A DNA stretch of 64,000 bases from a virus (taxonomy: Duplodnaviria > Caudoviricetes). Made by a program: the position numbers and the translations under genes. Below, one piece after another: positions 54,839-64,000 of this stretch (position 1 is the first letter of the stretch; every line of letters starts with the position of its first letter). The notes under the pieces are model-generated. The model was not told the DNA's origin. It was given only the letters and a program-made list of their open reading frames with translations, and made no database searches. Location: positions 64,001 to 128,000 of IMG/VR virus record IMGVR_UViG_3300033066_000778; one strand, written 5' to 3'.

Positions 54839-54986
54839 AGGCGGATGGGAATCGAACCTTACGTATCCTTACATGTGCATAAACAGCTATAGCCCCTATG
54901 AAGGGGCTTAAATAGTATACGCACATTAAGAGTGTTTTAACTTTAGTATCTTAGGCTAATGATGTTATCACGGCCACATTCCGTCT
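54839..54986 (+). repeat. Stem-enclosed GGAATCGAACC element, copy 2
   Basis: aggcggatg/cattccgtct; core 54848-54858; nested atgtgc/gcacat and agcccc/ggggct. Confidence 0.7.
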
Positions 54987-55388
54987 TAGATCATTATGCT
55001 TATTTTACTTTAGTTTTAACTGAACTTTAAGTCATTAAGGATTAAGAGGGGCTTCGGGGTTAATGAACGCAATGTCAATGTTCCCGATTAGCTCTTTGAT
55101 CCTAATTACTTTGATTCATCTTCTCTTATGTATAAGTATCTAAGGTTACACATCACGGATTAAATAACATTGAACTTTCAAGTAACATGATTACAAACCT
55201 ATGTCGGCATGCCGACTTAAGGAGGTAATGGATGCATTGGTGTCCATTGGAGACATTGGCCCTTTCAATGCTCTTTAACCACTTTAATATCATTTGGATG
55301 GGCGTAAAGGAGTATATATACGTATTACGGAATAAAATTCTGTAATGACTGTATAGTTACAGTCCTTTCGCCTATCAAAACGAATGGA

Positions 55389-55454
55389 ATTAAAGGATTA
55401 GGGGATTAAAGGATTAGGGGATTAAAGGATTAGGGGATTAAAGGAAGTAAGGGG
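55389..55454 (+). repeat. 16-bp tandem repeat ATTAAAGGATTAGGGG x3 plus one variant
   Basis: 55389, 55405, 55421 exact; 55437-55454 variant ends at ATG. Confidence 0.95.
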
Positions 55455-55682
55455 ATGCGATATACATGGGATTTAACACCGATAGGTAGATGTAACCAAT
55501 ACTTCATATGTAAGGGAAAGGCACGAGAGTTTTCCTTACTGAAGGAGTATAACTACACTGCTTATTTCGTACGCGATTCTGGAGATAGCTACACAACGAC
55601 TGAATTCGGTGATTGGACAGAAGGATGTCTAATCATTACGTTCAAAAACGGAAGGGAAGTAAAGGAGTTAAGCTCATGTTGA
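55455..55682 (+). CDS. Hypothetical protein
   Basis: ORF after repeat. Confidence 0.55.
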   Translation: MRYTWDLTPIGRCNQYFICKGKAREFSLLKEYNYTAYFVRDSGDSYTTTEFGDWTEGCLIITFKNGREVKELSSC

Positions 55683-55984
55683 AGACGATCCTGGTTAACA
55701 ACTTCCAACCAGAAGATCTAAAGAATCAGATTGGTGTCATGAAAGATATGGACATCACTTTGATCTTCAATGTCCGTTCACTTGAAGGGTTGATTCGGGA
55801 GCTTCGTGAGTACTGTGACTGTATGGATAAAGTTCTTCAAGAACATTTGGATGCAGAAAGACCTAACTCTTACTTCATCCCTGGTGGTATAAAGGAATGG
55901 GATGAAAATCAGTATCGAATGAAGCGTGGTGATCCTCCTGATTGGGCTACGAATCCAAACCTTAAGCACATCAAGGAGATCTGA
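55676..55984 (+). CDS. Hypothetical protein
   Basis: AGGAG RBS before MLKT. Confidence 0.7.
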   Translation: MLKTILVNNFQPEDLKNQIGVMKDMDITLIFNVRSLEGLIRELREYCDCMDKVLQEHLDAERPNSYFIPGGIKEWDENQYRMKRGDPPDWATNPNLKHIKEI

Positions 55985-56133
55985 AAATGGAAATCAACCT
56001 TAAGAAGCCTTACTTCAACAAAAGGCGTCCTACCTTTGAGGAATATCTGAATTCTACATTGCTTTCATGGGACTTAACTGGCGTATCTACCAAGAGTACA
56101 TCGAGAAGTAGAAAGGTATAAGGAGTAAAAGAA

Positions 56134-56580
56134 ATGAGTAATGTTCCTTCATACTTCCTTCGTGGTTACTGCAAGGTTGGTCAACTCTTCCAGCCTAAAG
56201 CATCACATCACTCTGCATGGGGGAGTCGGCAGGTATGGGAGATTGTCTCCGTACATGAGGGAGGGAAGGACGGATTGTTTACCCTTCGCCTCTTTGGTGA
56301 TCCTGAAGAGATCTTTAATCCGGACGACGCGGATGCGAAAGACTTTGACAAGTGCGTCCGTGCTTATACTCTGTACACTGCTTACAAGGTAGTGGACAGA
56401 AAGAAGTACGTTGAGGCTATCGCAAAGGTCAATGAGGTGAAAGAGGCAACGGTCAAAGCTAACGTGAAACAGAAAAGAACTGAGTTGATTGAGGAACTGG
56501 AGAAGCAAGCGTACAGTATCCGTTTACTCTCCATCGCATACGAAGAGACAGTTAACAAACTGAAAGGATTGGAGGTATGA
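56134..56580 (+). CDS. Hypothetical protein
   Basis: AGGAG RBS. Confidence 0.8.
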   Translation: MSNVPSYFLRGYCKVGQLFQPKASHHSAWGSRQVWEIVSVHEGGKDGLFTLRLFGDPEEIFNPDDADAKDFDKCVRAYTLYTAYKVVDRKKYVEAIAKVNEVKEATVKANVKQKRTELIEELEKQAYSIRLLSIAYEETVNKLKGLEV

Positions 56581-56581
56581 C

Positions 56582-56854
56582 ATGTGGGGATTGATTGGTA
56601 TCGCTATCCGTTCGGTGGTTGATGCTTTCATTGGTGGTACGGGGGTATCGACTACCGATCGTACCTATCGTGGTAACAACTGTTATCATTGTGGACATGG
56701 ATACATGAAGGTATTCAGTGGTTACAATGGTACATCGTGGTATGCTCTCGTAACCTGTGATCGTTGCGGTCATTCTTCTCCATGCGGTTATGGAAAGAAC
56801 GAAGACGACGCCAAGAGTAACGCAGTCTCTATTTGGAATACAATGGAGGAGTAG
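56582..56854 (+). CDS. Lar-like (restriction alleviation) Zn-finger protein
   Basis: CYHCG...VTCDRCG...AVSIWN. Confidence 0.6.
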   Translation: MWGLIGIAIRSVVDAFIGGTGVSTTDRTYRGNNCYHCGHGYMKVFSGYNGTSWYALVTCDRCGHSSPCGYGKNEDDAKSNAVSIWNTMEE

Positions 56855-56857
56855 ACA

Positions 56858-57091
56858 ATGTTTGTGTTTGATGAAGTTGAAGAAGAGCCCATTGACCCTG
56901 AGAAGTTTAAGCCTGGGTCATTTGGTTGTCATGAACTGTTGGACAGAACGAACTTGATCATCAACATGATTGATAGGGAGATTCTTCAACATCCTTCCTG
57001 TCAAATGAATCCCAAGTGGCTTAAGCTTGCTAACAAAGCGTCTGAAGCCCTTGGTAAGCTGTACGTCGCTGTCGGAACAAAGCATCTGTAA
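56858..57091 (+). CDS. Hypothetical phage protein
   Basis: PGSFGCHELLDRT...HPS. Confidence 0.75.
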   Translation: MFVFDEVEEEPIDPEKFKPGSFGCHELLDRTNLIINMIDREILQHPSCQMNPKWLKLANKASEALGKLYVAVGTKHL

Positions 57092-57123
57092 TAATAACGA
57101 GTAAAGAAAGAAGGAGTAAAGAA

Positions 57124-57561
57124 ATGAAAAAGAATACCCTCACCCGTGCCCAGGCCAAGTACTTCAACGAGAAGCTCACGAGCCTTGAGTATGTCCTCCA
57201 TGATATCAAGACGGGTGGTAAGAAGGTTACCATCCCGGTCAATGAGATCAAGGATGCCATCTTCACAGCATCAACGAAGATCACTCACGATCATGAGCTT
57301 AAGGTTCCGTACACCAAGGATTCATACTGTTTTGGCGCTGGCTATAACATCCATGTTGACCTTACCACGACGCCGACATACAAGAAGGCCCTTGCTGAAG
57401 TACAGGGGAGTAAGGCTACCAAAGAAAGAAACAACATGATTGATACGTACCAGAAGCTGATTGAGGAGTTCAGGCTCAAGCTCATCTTCGGTACTGAAGC
57501 CAACGCCCTCCTCGATGAACTGAACAACCTTACCAACGCCATCAACAAGCTCATGGACTAA
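57124..57561 (+). CDS. Hypothetical protein
   Basis: AGGAG RBS, C-ending codon bias. Confidence 0.8.
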   Translation: MKKNTLTRAQAKYFNEKLTSLEYVLHDIKTGGKKVTIPVNEIKDAIFTASTKITHDHELKVPYTKDSYCFGAGYNIHVDLTTTPTYKKALAEVQGSKATKERNNMIDTYQKLIEEFRLKLIFGTEANALLDELNNLTNAINKLMD

Positions 57562-57571
57562 GGAGTAAAAG

Positions 57572-57829
57572 ATGTACGAGATCAAGAAGGTTGACGACTG
57601 TTCAGGTGACCAACTCGCTTTCGCTGTCAACCATGATAGCATGAAGATCATCGTGGGTAAGTCTGGTCACGCTAAGCTGCTTAACATCGTAGCAGCGGAG
57701 CCGATTGATTACCCAACTGGCGGATGGATCTTTCGCCGGAAGGGACAGATTGCCGACAGTGGAATGTTAAAGAAGGTTAAGCAGGATAGGGAAGAGATCG
57801 TCGAGATGCTTAAGATGATCTTCTGCTAA
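57572..57829 (+). CDS. Hypothetical protein
   Basis: AGGAG RBS. Confidence 0.8.
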   Translation: MYEIKKVDDCSGDQLAFAVNHDSMKIIVGKSGHAKLLNIVAAEPIDYPTGGWIFRRKGQIADSGMLKKVKQDREEIVEMLKMIFC

Positions 57830-57834
57830 TACCT

Positions 57835-57910
57835 TAGCATGGGAATCGAACCTTACGCTTATGTGTACTGTCATTGACTTTACTCTTGAACTACTGTCAT
57901 GCTCGTGCTA
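57835..57910 (+). repeat. Stem-enclosed GGAATCGAACC element, copy 3
   Basis: tagcatg/cgtgcta; core 57842-57852. Confidence 0.7.
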
Positions 57911-57928
57911 TCTGATTAGGGGGAAGTA

Positions 57929-58180
57929 ATGTACAGAATGGAGGTTAAGGTGGGTAACGAAAAGGTTCCTGCCATTCAATTCGTAGAGAACAATAACATC
58001 GACGTTACCAGTATCGTTGGTAAGACGGTGTTGGCTGTAAAGCTCCATAACTCTAACGACTATTGGGGGGATGATGGCTTTACTATCCTCTTCACAGATG
58101 GTAGTATCATGACTGTTGGTGCATCCGATGACTGCGGATTTCCAATGGTGAGTACTGCTGTAAAAGAAAGAGGAGATTAA
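57929..58180 (+). CDS. Hypothetical protein
   Basis: IVGKTVLAV...ILFTDGS. Confidence 0.75.
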   Translation: MYRMEVKVGNEKVPAIQFVENNNIDVTSIVGKTVLAVKLHNSNDYWGDDGFTILFTDGSIMTVGASDDCGFPMVSTAVKERGD

Positions 58181-58399
58181 ATGTGGACCTTCTTTATATC
58201 ATGGAATCGTCACCGATTTGTTTTCGCCCCTTTTTCAGGTGAACTAATCCTCGTCCTGAATTTTGGGGGATTGCAGATTGGTTGGATGAGGATGGACTTA
58301 GAGTATTACCTTGACAACCTCGCTCTATCAATTGAGGAGGAGATAACTGAACGCCTTACCAAAGAAAAGAAAGAGGAGGAAGAAGACAATGTTGGATAA
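58181..58399 (+). CDS. Hypothetical protein
   Basis: AGGAG RBS. Confidence 0.65.
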   Translation: MWTFFISWNRHRFVFAPFSGELILVLNFGGLQIGWMRMDLEYYLDNLALSIEEEITERLTKEKKEEEEDNVG

Positions 58400-58563
58400 C
58401 ATGATAATTAACGGTGATAAGATCTTGAAAGGAATGGAAGAAGATCTGATCACATTTCAAGCTGAACTTCTCGGAAGAGAGTTTAACACCATGTTAGCGG
58501 AGATGCTTAAGACCGAAGAAGCATACTCTGAACTGGTTGAGAAGATTGGAGAGGAGAAATAAG

Positions 58564-59028
58564 ATGTACGGATTTCCTACTTGGTCAGCAGATCAGAAGA
58601 AACTCCTGGTTGTCGTTGCTGAGGATAAGCTTTCCGATGCAGTCAAGCAGTGGGAAACGCTTCCTTATGACTTCGTCAGCTGCATGAAGATCGCAAAGAC
58701 ATTGGTTACTTGTGTAGATGAACGCATCGCACAAGATATCTGTACCGTTTTTGGTGCAGAGAAGAAGCCTTGCCCTGAATGTCCTCCTGATCTGAACACT
58801 TGGATCATCAGTTTCTCCACCGACCAAGACTTCTGTGAGTACCTGTCAATGAGCAACATGGCTAACGTCATCTACCTGAATGGTACTTCAGTCTTTAACG
58901 TGTCATTCGATGCGATGGCACGTAAGACAATTGAGAAACTTAAGCTCATTGACGATGGTGAGGTTAAGCACGAAGAGAAACCTATAGATGACGATGCGTG
59001 GCTAAAAGATCTTGGCATCGTATCGTAA
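58564..59028 (+). CDS. Hypothetical protein
   Basis: AGGAG RBS before MYGF. Confidence 0.75.
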   Translation: MYGFPTWSADQKKLLVVVAEDKLSDAVKQWETLPYDFVSCMKIAKTLVTCVDERIAQDICTVFGAEKKPCPECPPDLNTWIISFSTDQDFCEYLSMSNMANVIYLNGTSVFNVSFDAMARKTIEKLKLIDDGEVKHEEKPIDDDAWLKDLGIVS

Positions 59029-59177
59029 AAAGAAATGAGGAAAAGAATATAAGAAACAGTACAAAAGAATCCTACAAGCAACTGATAACACAGTAGTTAA
59101 TAACATTACTACATTACATCGTAACTAACATAATCCAAGAACAGTATAAGAAACGAACAGGCAAGAAGGAGCCTAAG

Positions 59178-59423
59178 ATGATTAAGTTTATCGTCAAGAG
59201 TTTGCACAACATTTCTGAATTCCTCCTCTGGAGATCAATCGACATCAGCGAACTCTCAATGAAGATTGACGAGTACTTCAAGGAGGATGAAGATGGAAGT
59301 ACCACCGATAACGTTGAAAGCAATTGTGCGGAGGAACGATCCACTCCGTCCAGAACGAAGAACATTGACTATAAGAGCCTTAGAGAAAACAACCATCCGG
59401 ATAAGTCCGGTTACATCAACTGA
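59178..59423 (+). CDS. Hypothetical protein
   Basis: AGGAG RBS. Confidence 0.6.
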   Translation: MIKFIVKSLHNISEFLLWRSIDISELSMKIDEYFKEDEDGSTTDNVESNCAEERSTPSRTKNIDYKSLRENNHPDKSGYIN

Positions 59424-59433
59424 AGAACCTCCT

Positions 59434-59757
59434 ATGACAATTCGTACGGAGTTTAATGAAGACGATAGCATCGACAGTGCAAGTCTTCAAACAATCATGG
59501 ATGCTAAGAAAGTCTTTCTTGGTAACATCCATGGTTATGCACTGACGAAGAGGGGACAGAACGATAACCATGTTCTAGTAACTCTCCTTAGCTATGATAA
59601 TGATCATTGGAGAGTGAAAAACGGTATGGTTGTGTACTCCACAAGTTGGATCCAAGAAGAGATTGCTTTGTTACAGGCAATCGAAACTTGGTGTGAACAA
59701 AACTGTGAACCTGATACCGTCTATGATGGCAAACAATACGGATGGGAGTTTAAATGA
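59434..59757 (+). CDS. Hypothetical protein
   Basis: C-terminal part of track ORF 59266; ATGA coupling. Confidence 0.65.
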   Translation: MTIRTEFNEDDSIDSASLQTIMDAKKVFLGNIHGYALTKRGQNDNHVLVTLLSYDNDHWRVKNGMVVYSTSWIQEEIALLQAIETWCEQNCEPDTVYDGKQYGWEFK

Positions 59758-60068
59758 AGGCATTCGCTAGACAACGCTTCTATGACATCCATCGTGGAGA
59801 AGGGTGTACTACGCGTGAGTACCTTGGTACATTAACGTGTACAACATTCGGACATGTGGATGAGTTCTATAAGTGTACATGTAATGACCAAATTTCAGTA
59901 ATTACCTTTCGAAAGAACGAATGCATCGTAGTTTTCTCTAGGCATGGATCTAACGTTGATCTCTTTGATCGTTTCTTCGATAGATTCCAACGATTCAAGC
60001 ACCTAGGGACATACCAAGCCGTAATAGAACAAATGATGGAGGAAAACAAGCGTGCAGATCAAGCTTGA
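59754..60068 (+). CDS. Hypothetical protein
   Basis: Coupled ORF. Confidence 0.65.
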   Translation: MKAFARQRFYDIHRGEGCTTREYLGTLTCTTFGHVDEFYKCTCNDQISVITFRKNECIVVFSRHGSNVDLFDRFFDRFQRFKHLGTYQAVIEQMMEENKRADQA

Positions 60069-60330
60069 AAACTTCAATAACTGTCCTGGCTATAAGGTAG
60101 CTAAGGACATCGCAGGAAGTAAAGCCTTGATGGTTGAGGATCTTCCTGACCTTGAGTACTGGCAGAACGATGAAGCAACACTTGTACTTTCAATCAATCT
60201 GAATACCACGAGGCTTAACATGACGGATGCTTTCACAAAAGTTATTGGTCTCATCTCAAGGTATAGACCAGATGAAGTCCATAGCCATCCGAAAGGTAAT
60301 CAACTCTTCTACCGCCTGTGGTGGGATTAA
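60052..60330 (+). CDS. Hypothetical protein (C-terminal RLWWD motif)
   Basis: GGAGG RBS; RPDEV...YRLWWD. Confidence 0.7.
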   Translation: MQIKLENFNNCPGYKVAKDIAGSKALMVEDLPDLEYWQNDEATLVLSINLNTTRLNMTDAFTKVIGLISRYRPDEVHSHPKGNQLFYRLWWD

Positions 60331-60340
60331 GGAGAAAGAA

Positions 60341-60574
60341 ATGGACACATACATCTACACGCCACAAAACGGAAAGCTTACAAGAGTAACAGCACCAATT
60401 GAACGATACTTTATATTGTTCTACGAGAATGATGCTGATATCTCAGATCCTCAAGTAGCATTTAAATTAGCACAGAAAAGCTTTTATACTGCTGGTGCTT
60501 TCTCCTCTCTTATTGATGAAGCACTGATGAACGATCACATCGTCGTCATCAGAAAGTTAGCTGTAACACCGTAG
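60341..60574 (+). CDS. Hypothetical protein
   Basis: AGGAG RBS before MDTY. Confidence 0.7.
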   Translation: MDTYIYTPQNGKLTRVTAPIERYFILFYENDADISDPQVAFKLAQKSFYTAGAFSSLIDEALMNDHIVVIRKLAVTP

Positions 60575-60580
60575 AAGATA

Positions 60581-60757
60581 ATGCTAACGTGTAACAAAAA
60601 CGAATACGATAAACTTCAAGAAGACATTCTCTACTTCATACGGACTATGGCAACAGACTTCGATCATTATGAAGATGCACATAAGTACCGTACACTTTGT
60701 TACGTGTGTGAAGCAGAAGAATTAAATCGTAAACTTGAAATCAAATTCATAGACTAA
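60581..60757 (+). CDS. 58-aa hypothetical protein (not in track)
   Basis: MLTCNKNEYDKLQEDILYF...KFID*. Confidence 0.5.
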   Translation: MLTCNKNEYDKLQEDILYFIRTMATDFDHYEDAHKYRTLCYVCEAEELNRKLEIKFID

Positions 60758-60856
60758 CATGGGAATCGAACCTTAACATTATTTACATAAACATAGGAGT
60801 ACGCTTAAAGCATACAATCCTCCCAACGTCCGAAGTAAAATTGAAAGTGAGCATGT
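60757..60856 (+). repeat. GGAATCGAACC element, copy 4
   Basis: Core 60762-60772; short acatg/catgt closing stem. Confidence 0.6.
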
Positions 60857-60898
60857 ATAAATATGGTACAATTTGCCTATACACATAAGGAAGAGAAG

Positions 60899-61372
60899 AT
60901 GGACGTTATCACCTACGAAGAGTTGTCTAACATCCTTCGTAAAGTCCAAGGGGCTCCGTTCGCTGAGATCATCACCGAGACAGACCTTAGTGATTACCAG
61001 TTTACGGACTCACCATTCCTTAACAGGCTTAAGAAGGTAGCGAAGTATACTGTTCAACTCGGTGCTTCCTACGAAGAAGCCATGAAGAGCATTAACCCCA
61101 ACTTCACCATTAAAGATCGCAAGTGGGGCGAACACATCAACAACATCCTTATCGAACATAAGGGTAAGTTGTATGTCTCATGTATCATCCAGAGAAAACA
61201 CTTTTCTTTCCTCAAAGTTGGAAAGGACAAAGTAACGGATGAGATGGAGAAACAAATCAAGCCTTACTTGAAACCACTGGAAGAACCTAGTAACCCTGTT
61301 GGATACCGTAGGTTTAAGATCTACAGCATCAAACAGATTTCTTTCAATAACAAATCGTATATGATCCTGTAA
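60899..61372 (+). CDS. Hypothetical phage protein
   Basis: RKWGEHI...LIEHKGKLYV. Confidence 0.75.
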   Translation: MDVITYEELSNILRKVQGAPFAEIITETDLSDYQFTDSPFLNRLKKVAKYTVQLGASYEEAMKSINPNFTIKDRKWGEHINNILIEHKGKLYVSCIIQRKHFSFLKVGKDKVTDEMEKQIKPYLKPLEEPSNPVGYRRFKIYSIKQISFNNKSYMIL

Positions 61373-61381
61373 GGAGTAAAC

Positions 61382-61570
61382 ATGAAAAGAGCTAGTGAAC
61401 TTACCTTCTTGAAATGGTTTTACTCTCACGCTGACTTTGGTCCAGCTGAAGGAGATGTAAGAGTTGGATTGAAGCTAGACTTCGTTGAACAGACGGGAAC
61501 TCTCCTACCTAAAGGGTACGAAATAGATCCTGACGAAGTTGTTGAAAACGATATCGAGGATGAGGAGTAA
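61382..61570 (+). CDS. Hypothetical protein
   Basis: FLKWFYSHADFGPA; AGGAG RBS. Confidence 0.75.
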   Translation: MKRASELTFLKWFYSHADFGPAEGDVRVGLKLDFVEQTGTLLPKGYEIDPDEVVENDIEDEE

Positions 61571-61572
61571 AC

Positions 61573-61779
61573 GTGAAAGAAACCGTTGCATACACCCAGT
61601 ACATGAAAAACTTGGAGAAGGAAGCTAAGCTCTTCAAGACTATCAAGTACATCACCGAGTTCCTCACGGATGAAAATCCTTACGATGATGACGAGAATCC
61701 GAAAGTATCGTGTGATGTAAATAACAGTACCGTTTTAATCATGTCTCCTGACCTTATTATTTCAATCTTCAAGCGTTAA
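61573..61779 (+). CDS. Hypothetical protein
   Basis: AGGAG RBS, GTG start. Confidence 0.65.
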   Translation: MKETVAYTQYMKNLEKEAKLFKTIKYITEFLTDENPYDDDENPKVSCDVNNSTVLIMSPDLIISIFKR

Positions 61780-61849
61780 TATTACACCTGAACCCCGTAA
61801 CCAAACAATAACAACAACAAGTACAACCAACAAGTAAGAAAGGAAGCAC

Positions 61850-62953
61850 ATGCTTACAAATCTCGAAACCTTCCGTACAGCCTTCGCGGTCAACGAACCT
61901 CTTCTCATCATGGGTCTTCCCGGTGTTGGGAAGACGAGAGCCCTTGAGGCTTTCCTTGAAGAGCAGAACGTTTCGTTCGTCACCTTGATTGCATCCATCA
62001 GGGAACCATCCGACTTCGGTGGTCAGCCCTTGATCGACCCCAATACGGGTGACTTCCGTTTGGCTCCTCCTGCATGGGCAAAGAAGCTGAAGGAAGCTGG
62101 TGACCGTGGACAGCGTACGGCAGTCTTCATGGATGAGATCACGACCTGTGCCCCTAGTGTACAGGCTGCTCTCCTCCGTGTCATCACTGACCGAGTGGTT
62201 GGTGAACTGAGCCTTCCCGATAACTGTTGGATGATTGCAGCGGCTAACCCGCCTGAAATCGCTGCCAATGGTTACGAGTTGACTCCTCCCCTTGCCAATA
62301 GGTTCATCCACGAAGAGTACAAATTCGATCCCAGCGATTGGGTTCTTGAATTCCCCCGTTACTTTGGCAAGGTTCCGAAAGTATTCGGAGTTGACGAAGT
62401 GACCTGGGCTCAGGCAAGATCCTCCATCGCAGGATTCTTGTACACTCGTCCTAACCTCGTCATCGACTTCCCGAAGGAAGCTACCAAGCAGTCGAAAGCT
62501 TGGCCTTCCCCTCGTACTTGGGACAAGGCTTCCAGGTGCTTGGCTGGTAACAACAACAACCTTGAGAAGGCTGTTAGCTCCATCGCTGGTGCCGTTGGTT
62601 CCGGTGCTGCTATGGAATACATCAGCTTCATGAGGACTTCTGACCTTCCCAACCCGGAAGAACTTCTCAAGGATCCTACCAAGTTGGTCCTGAAGGAACG
62701 CCGTGGAGACATCGTCTTCGCAGTTCTGTCCTCGGTTCATGCAGTGGTTGCTAACAAGCTCACTCAAGAACGTTGGGCAGCTGGTTGGAAGGTTCTCCAT
62801 CGTGCCTTCACTCTCGGCTACCAGGACATCGCAACCTGTTGGGCTCGTCACTTTGCTGATCGCTCGATGATTGTCAAGGGGTTCAATATCAACATCCCGG
62901 AAATCAAGCCCTTCCTTGATATCCTCAAGGAAGCTAACGTCGTCCTCAAGTAA
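61850..62953 (+). CDS. MoxR-type AAA+ ATPase
   Basis: GLPGVGKT, VFMDE, VQAALL, AAANPP, LANRF, PSPRTW. Confidence 0.92.
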   Translation: MLTNLETFRTAFAVNEPLLIMGLPGVGKTRALEAFLEEQNVSFVTLIASIREPSDFGGQPLIDPNTGDFRLAPPAWAKKLKEAGDRGQRTAVFMDEITTCAPSVQAALLRVITDRVVGELSLPDNCWMIAAANPPEIAANGYELTPPLANRFIHEEYKFDPSDWVLEFPRYFGKVPKVFGVDEVTWAQARSSIAGFLYTRPNLVIDFPKEATKQSKAWPSPRTWDKASRCLAGNNNNLEKAVSSIAGAVGSGAAMEYISFMRTSDLPNPEELLKDPTKLVLKERRGDIVFAVLSSVHAVVANKLTQERWAAGWKVLHRAFTLGYQDIATCWARHFADRSMIVKGFNINIPEIKPFLDILKEANVVLK

Positions 62954-63016
62954 TCTCTAAGTAAACGAGGGGGTTAATTAGAAATAGTTAACCCCCTCTT
63001 TCCTATCAAGGAGTAT

Positions 63017-64000
63017 ATGATGGCTGAAAGCAAAACGTCCCCCATCGTTCTGTTGAGGTACAAGATCTCCACAGACTTCCCGTACTTCTCTTCACTTACA
63101 TTCGGATTGATTCTTCGGGAAGTACCTGAAGACAGTGAACTCAAGACTTTTGCGATTGATAAGTACATGAGAATGTATTACAACCCGAAGATGTTCGAAG
63201 TTTGTTCACCCGAACAGCTTAAGGCAATCTTCATCCACGAACTTCAGCACATTCTCCGTGAACATCATGAGCGTGGCGAACACTTTGAGAATCAGAAGTT
63301 GTTCAACATCGCTGGTGATTGCGAGATCAATGATGATCTTGAGGCTAACTTCAAGGGACTGAAGCTTCCTGATTGGGCAGTCTTCCCCAAGAACTATGAA
63401 CTGCCCGATGACAAACTTGCGGAATGGTATTACAATAACCTTCCCAAGGGATCCGAAGGTGGTGATGGAGACGGAGACGGCGAGGGAGAAGGTAAGTGCA
63501 ACGGAACCTGTAAGTCTGGTAACCCAAAGGGTAAACCTAGTAAGAATGCTAGGTGTACTTGTCCTCATCCTCCCAAGGGTAAGGATAGCTGTGGTTCACT
63601 GAAGGGTGGATCATGGGAAGAGGGTGAGCCGACTGACAAAGCTCCCGGTCACTCCAAGGTGATGCGAGACTTCTACCGTAAGGATACGGCTGAGAAGATC
63701 GTTGAAGCTTCCAAGTCTCGTGGTGATGTTCCTGCTGGATTGCTCCGATGGGCACAGGAACACCTGAAGAATAAGATTGACTGGAAGAAAGAGTTCCGGT
63801 CATTCGTTCTTAAGAAGATCAACGAGACGATCTCCGGTATGACTGACTACACATACCAGAAGCTCTCTCGTAGGCAGAGTGCCTTCCCTAATGTAATCGT
63901 CCCTGGATTCCACACTCCGGTTATCAACGTAGCTATCATTCAGGATACATCTGGATCCATGAGTGATACCTACCTCTCTCAGTCTGTAGCGGAATTGAAC
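63017..64000 (+). CDS. DUF2201-type metallopeptidase plus vWA protein, runs off right edge
   Basis: HELQH, NIAGDCEIND, IDW...LSRRQ, QDTSGSMS; usual partner of this AAA. Confidence 0.88.
   Translation, partial: MMAESKTSPIVLLRYKISTDFPYFSSLTFGLILREVPEDSELKTFAIDKYMRMYYNPKMFEVCSPEQLKAIFIHELQHILREHHERGEHFENQKLFNIAGDCEINDDLEANFKGLKLPDWAVFPKNYELPDDKLAEWYYNNLPKGSEGGDGDGDGEGEGKCNGTCKSGNPKGKPSKNARCTCPHPPKGKDSCGSLKGGSWEEGEPTDKAPGHSKVMRDFYRKDTAEKIVEASKSRGDVPAGLLRWAQEHLKNKIDWKKEFRSFVLKKINETISGMTDYTYQKLSRRQSAFPNVIVPGFHTPVINVAIIQDTSGSMSDTYLSQSVAELN

Noticed and set aside
55389-55454. CRISPR array
   Set aside because: Units are contiguous 16-mers with no unique spacers.
57835-57910. Intact tRNA on the - strand
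   Set aside because: T-loop is present, but the T-stem is only 2 bp and there is no matching acceptor or anticodon arm.

Overview
Segment of a large tailed-phage genome with a T4-type head module. The host is probably a diderm, possibly GC-rich bacterium. Positions 1-50024 are almost entirely on the - strand and AT-rich. They carry a neck protein, gp23-like major capsid protein, gp21-like protease/scaffold, a cluster of modular decoration/fibre genes, lysis genes, and portal and large terminase (each with an intein). They also carry 9 tRNAs with two free-standing endonucleases, an intein-containing papain-like protease, probable internal head proteins, a Mor-like activator, thyX, and a tandem array of 22 diverged CxxC...CSxxC zinc-finger mini-proteins. 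At about 50.05-50.2 kb the coding strand switches. A roughly 560-nt densely paired non-coding region ends in a canonical type II hammerhead ribozyme, which is followed by a perfect anti-core hairpin. A GC-rich, probably early, + strand region follows (MYG1, Lar-like, MoxR AAA and DUF2201/vWA), punctuated by four stem-enclosed GGAATCGAACC elements. Best candidates for undescribed biology: the zinc-finger array, the large RNA plus switchable hammerhead, the GGAATCGAACC elements, and a long-variable-arm tRNA with a UAU anticodon. All calls come from reading the sequence; no searches or folding programs were run.
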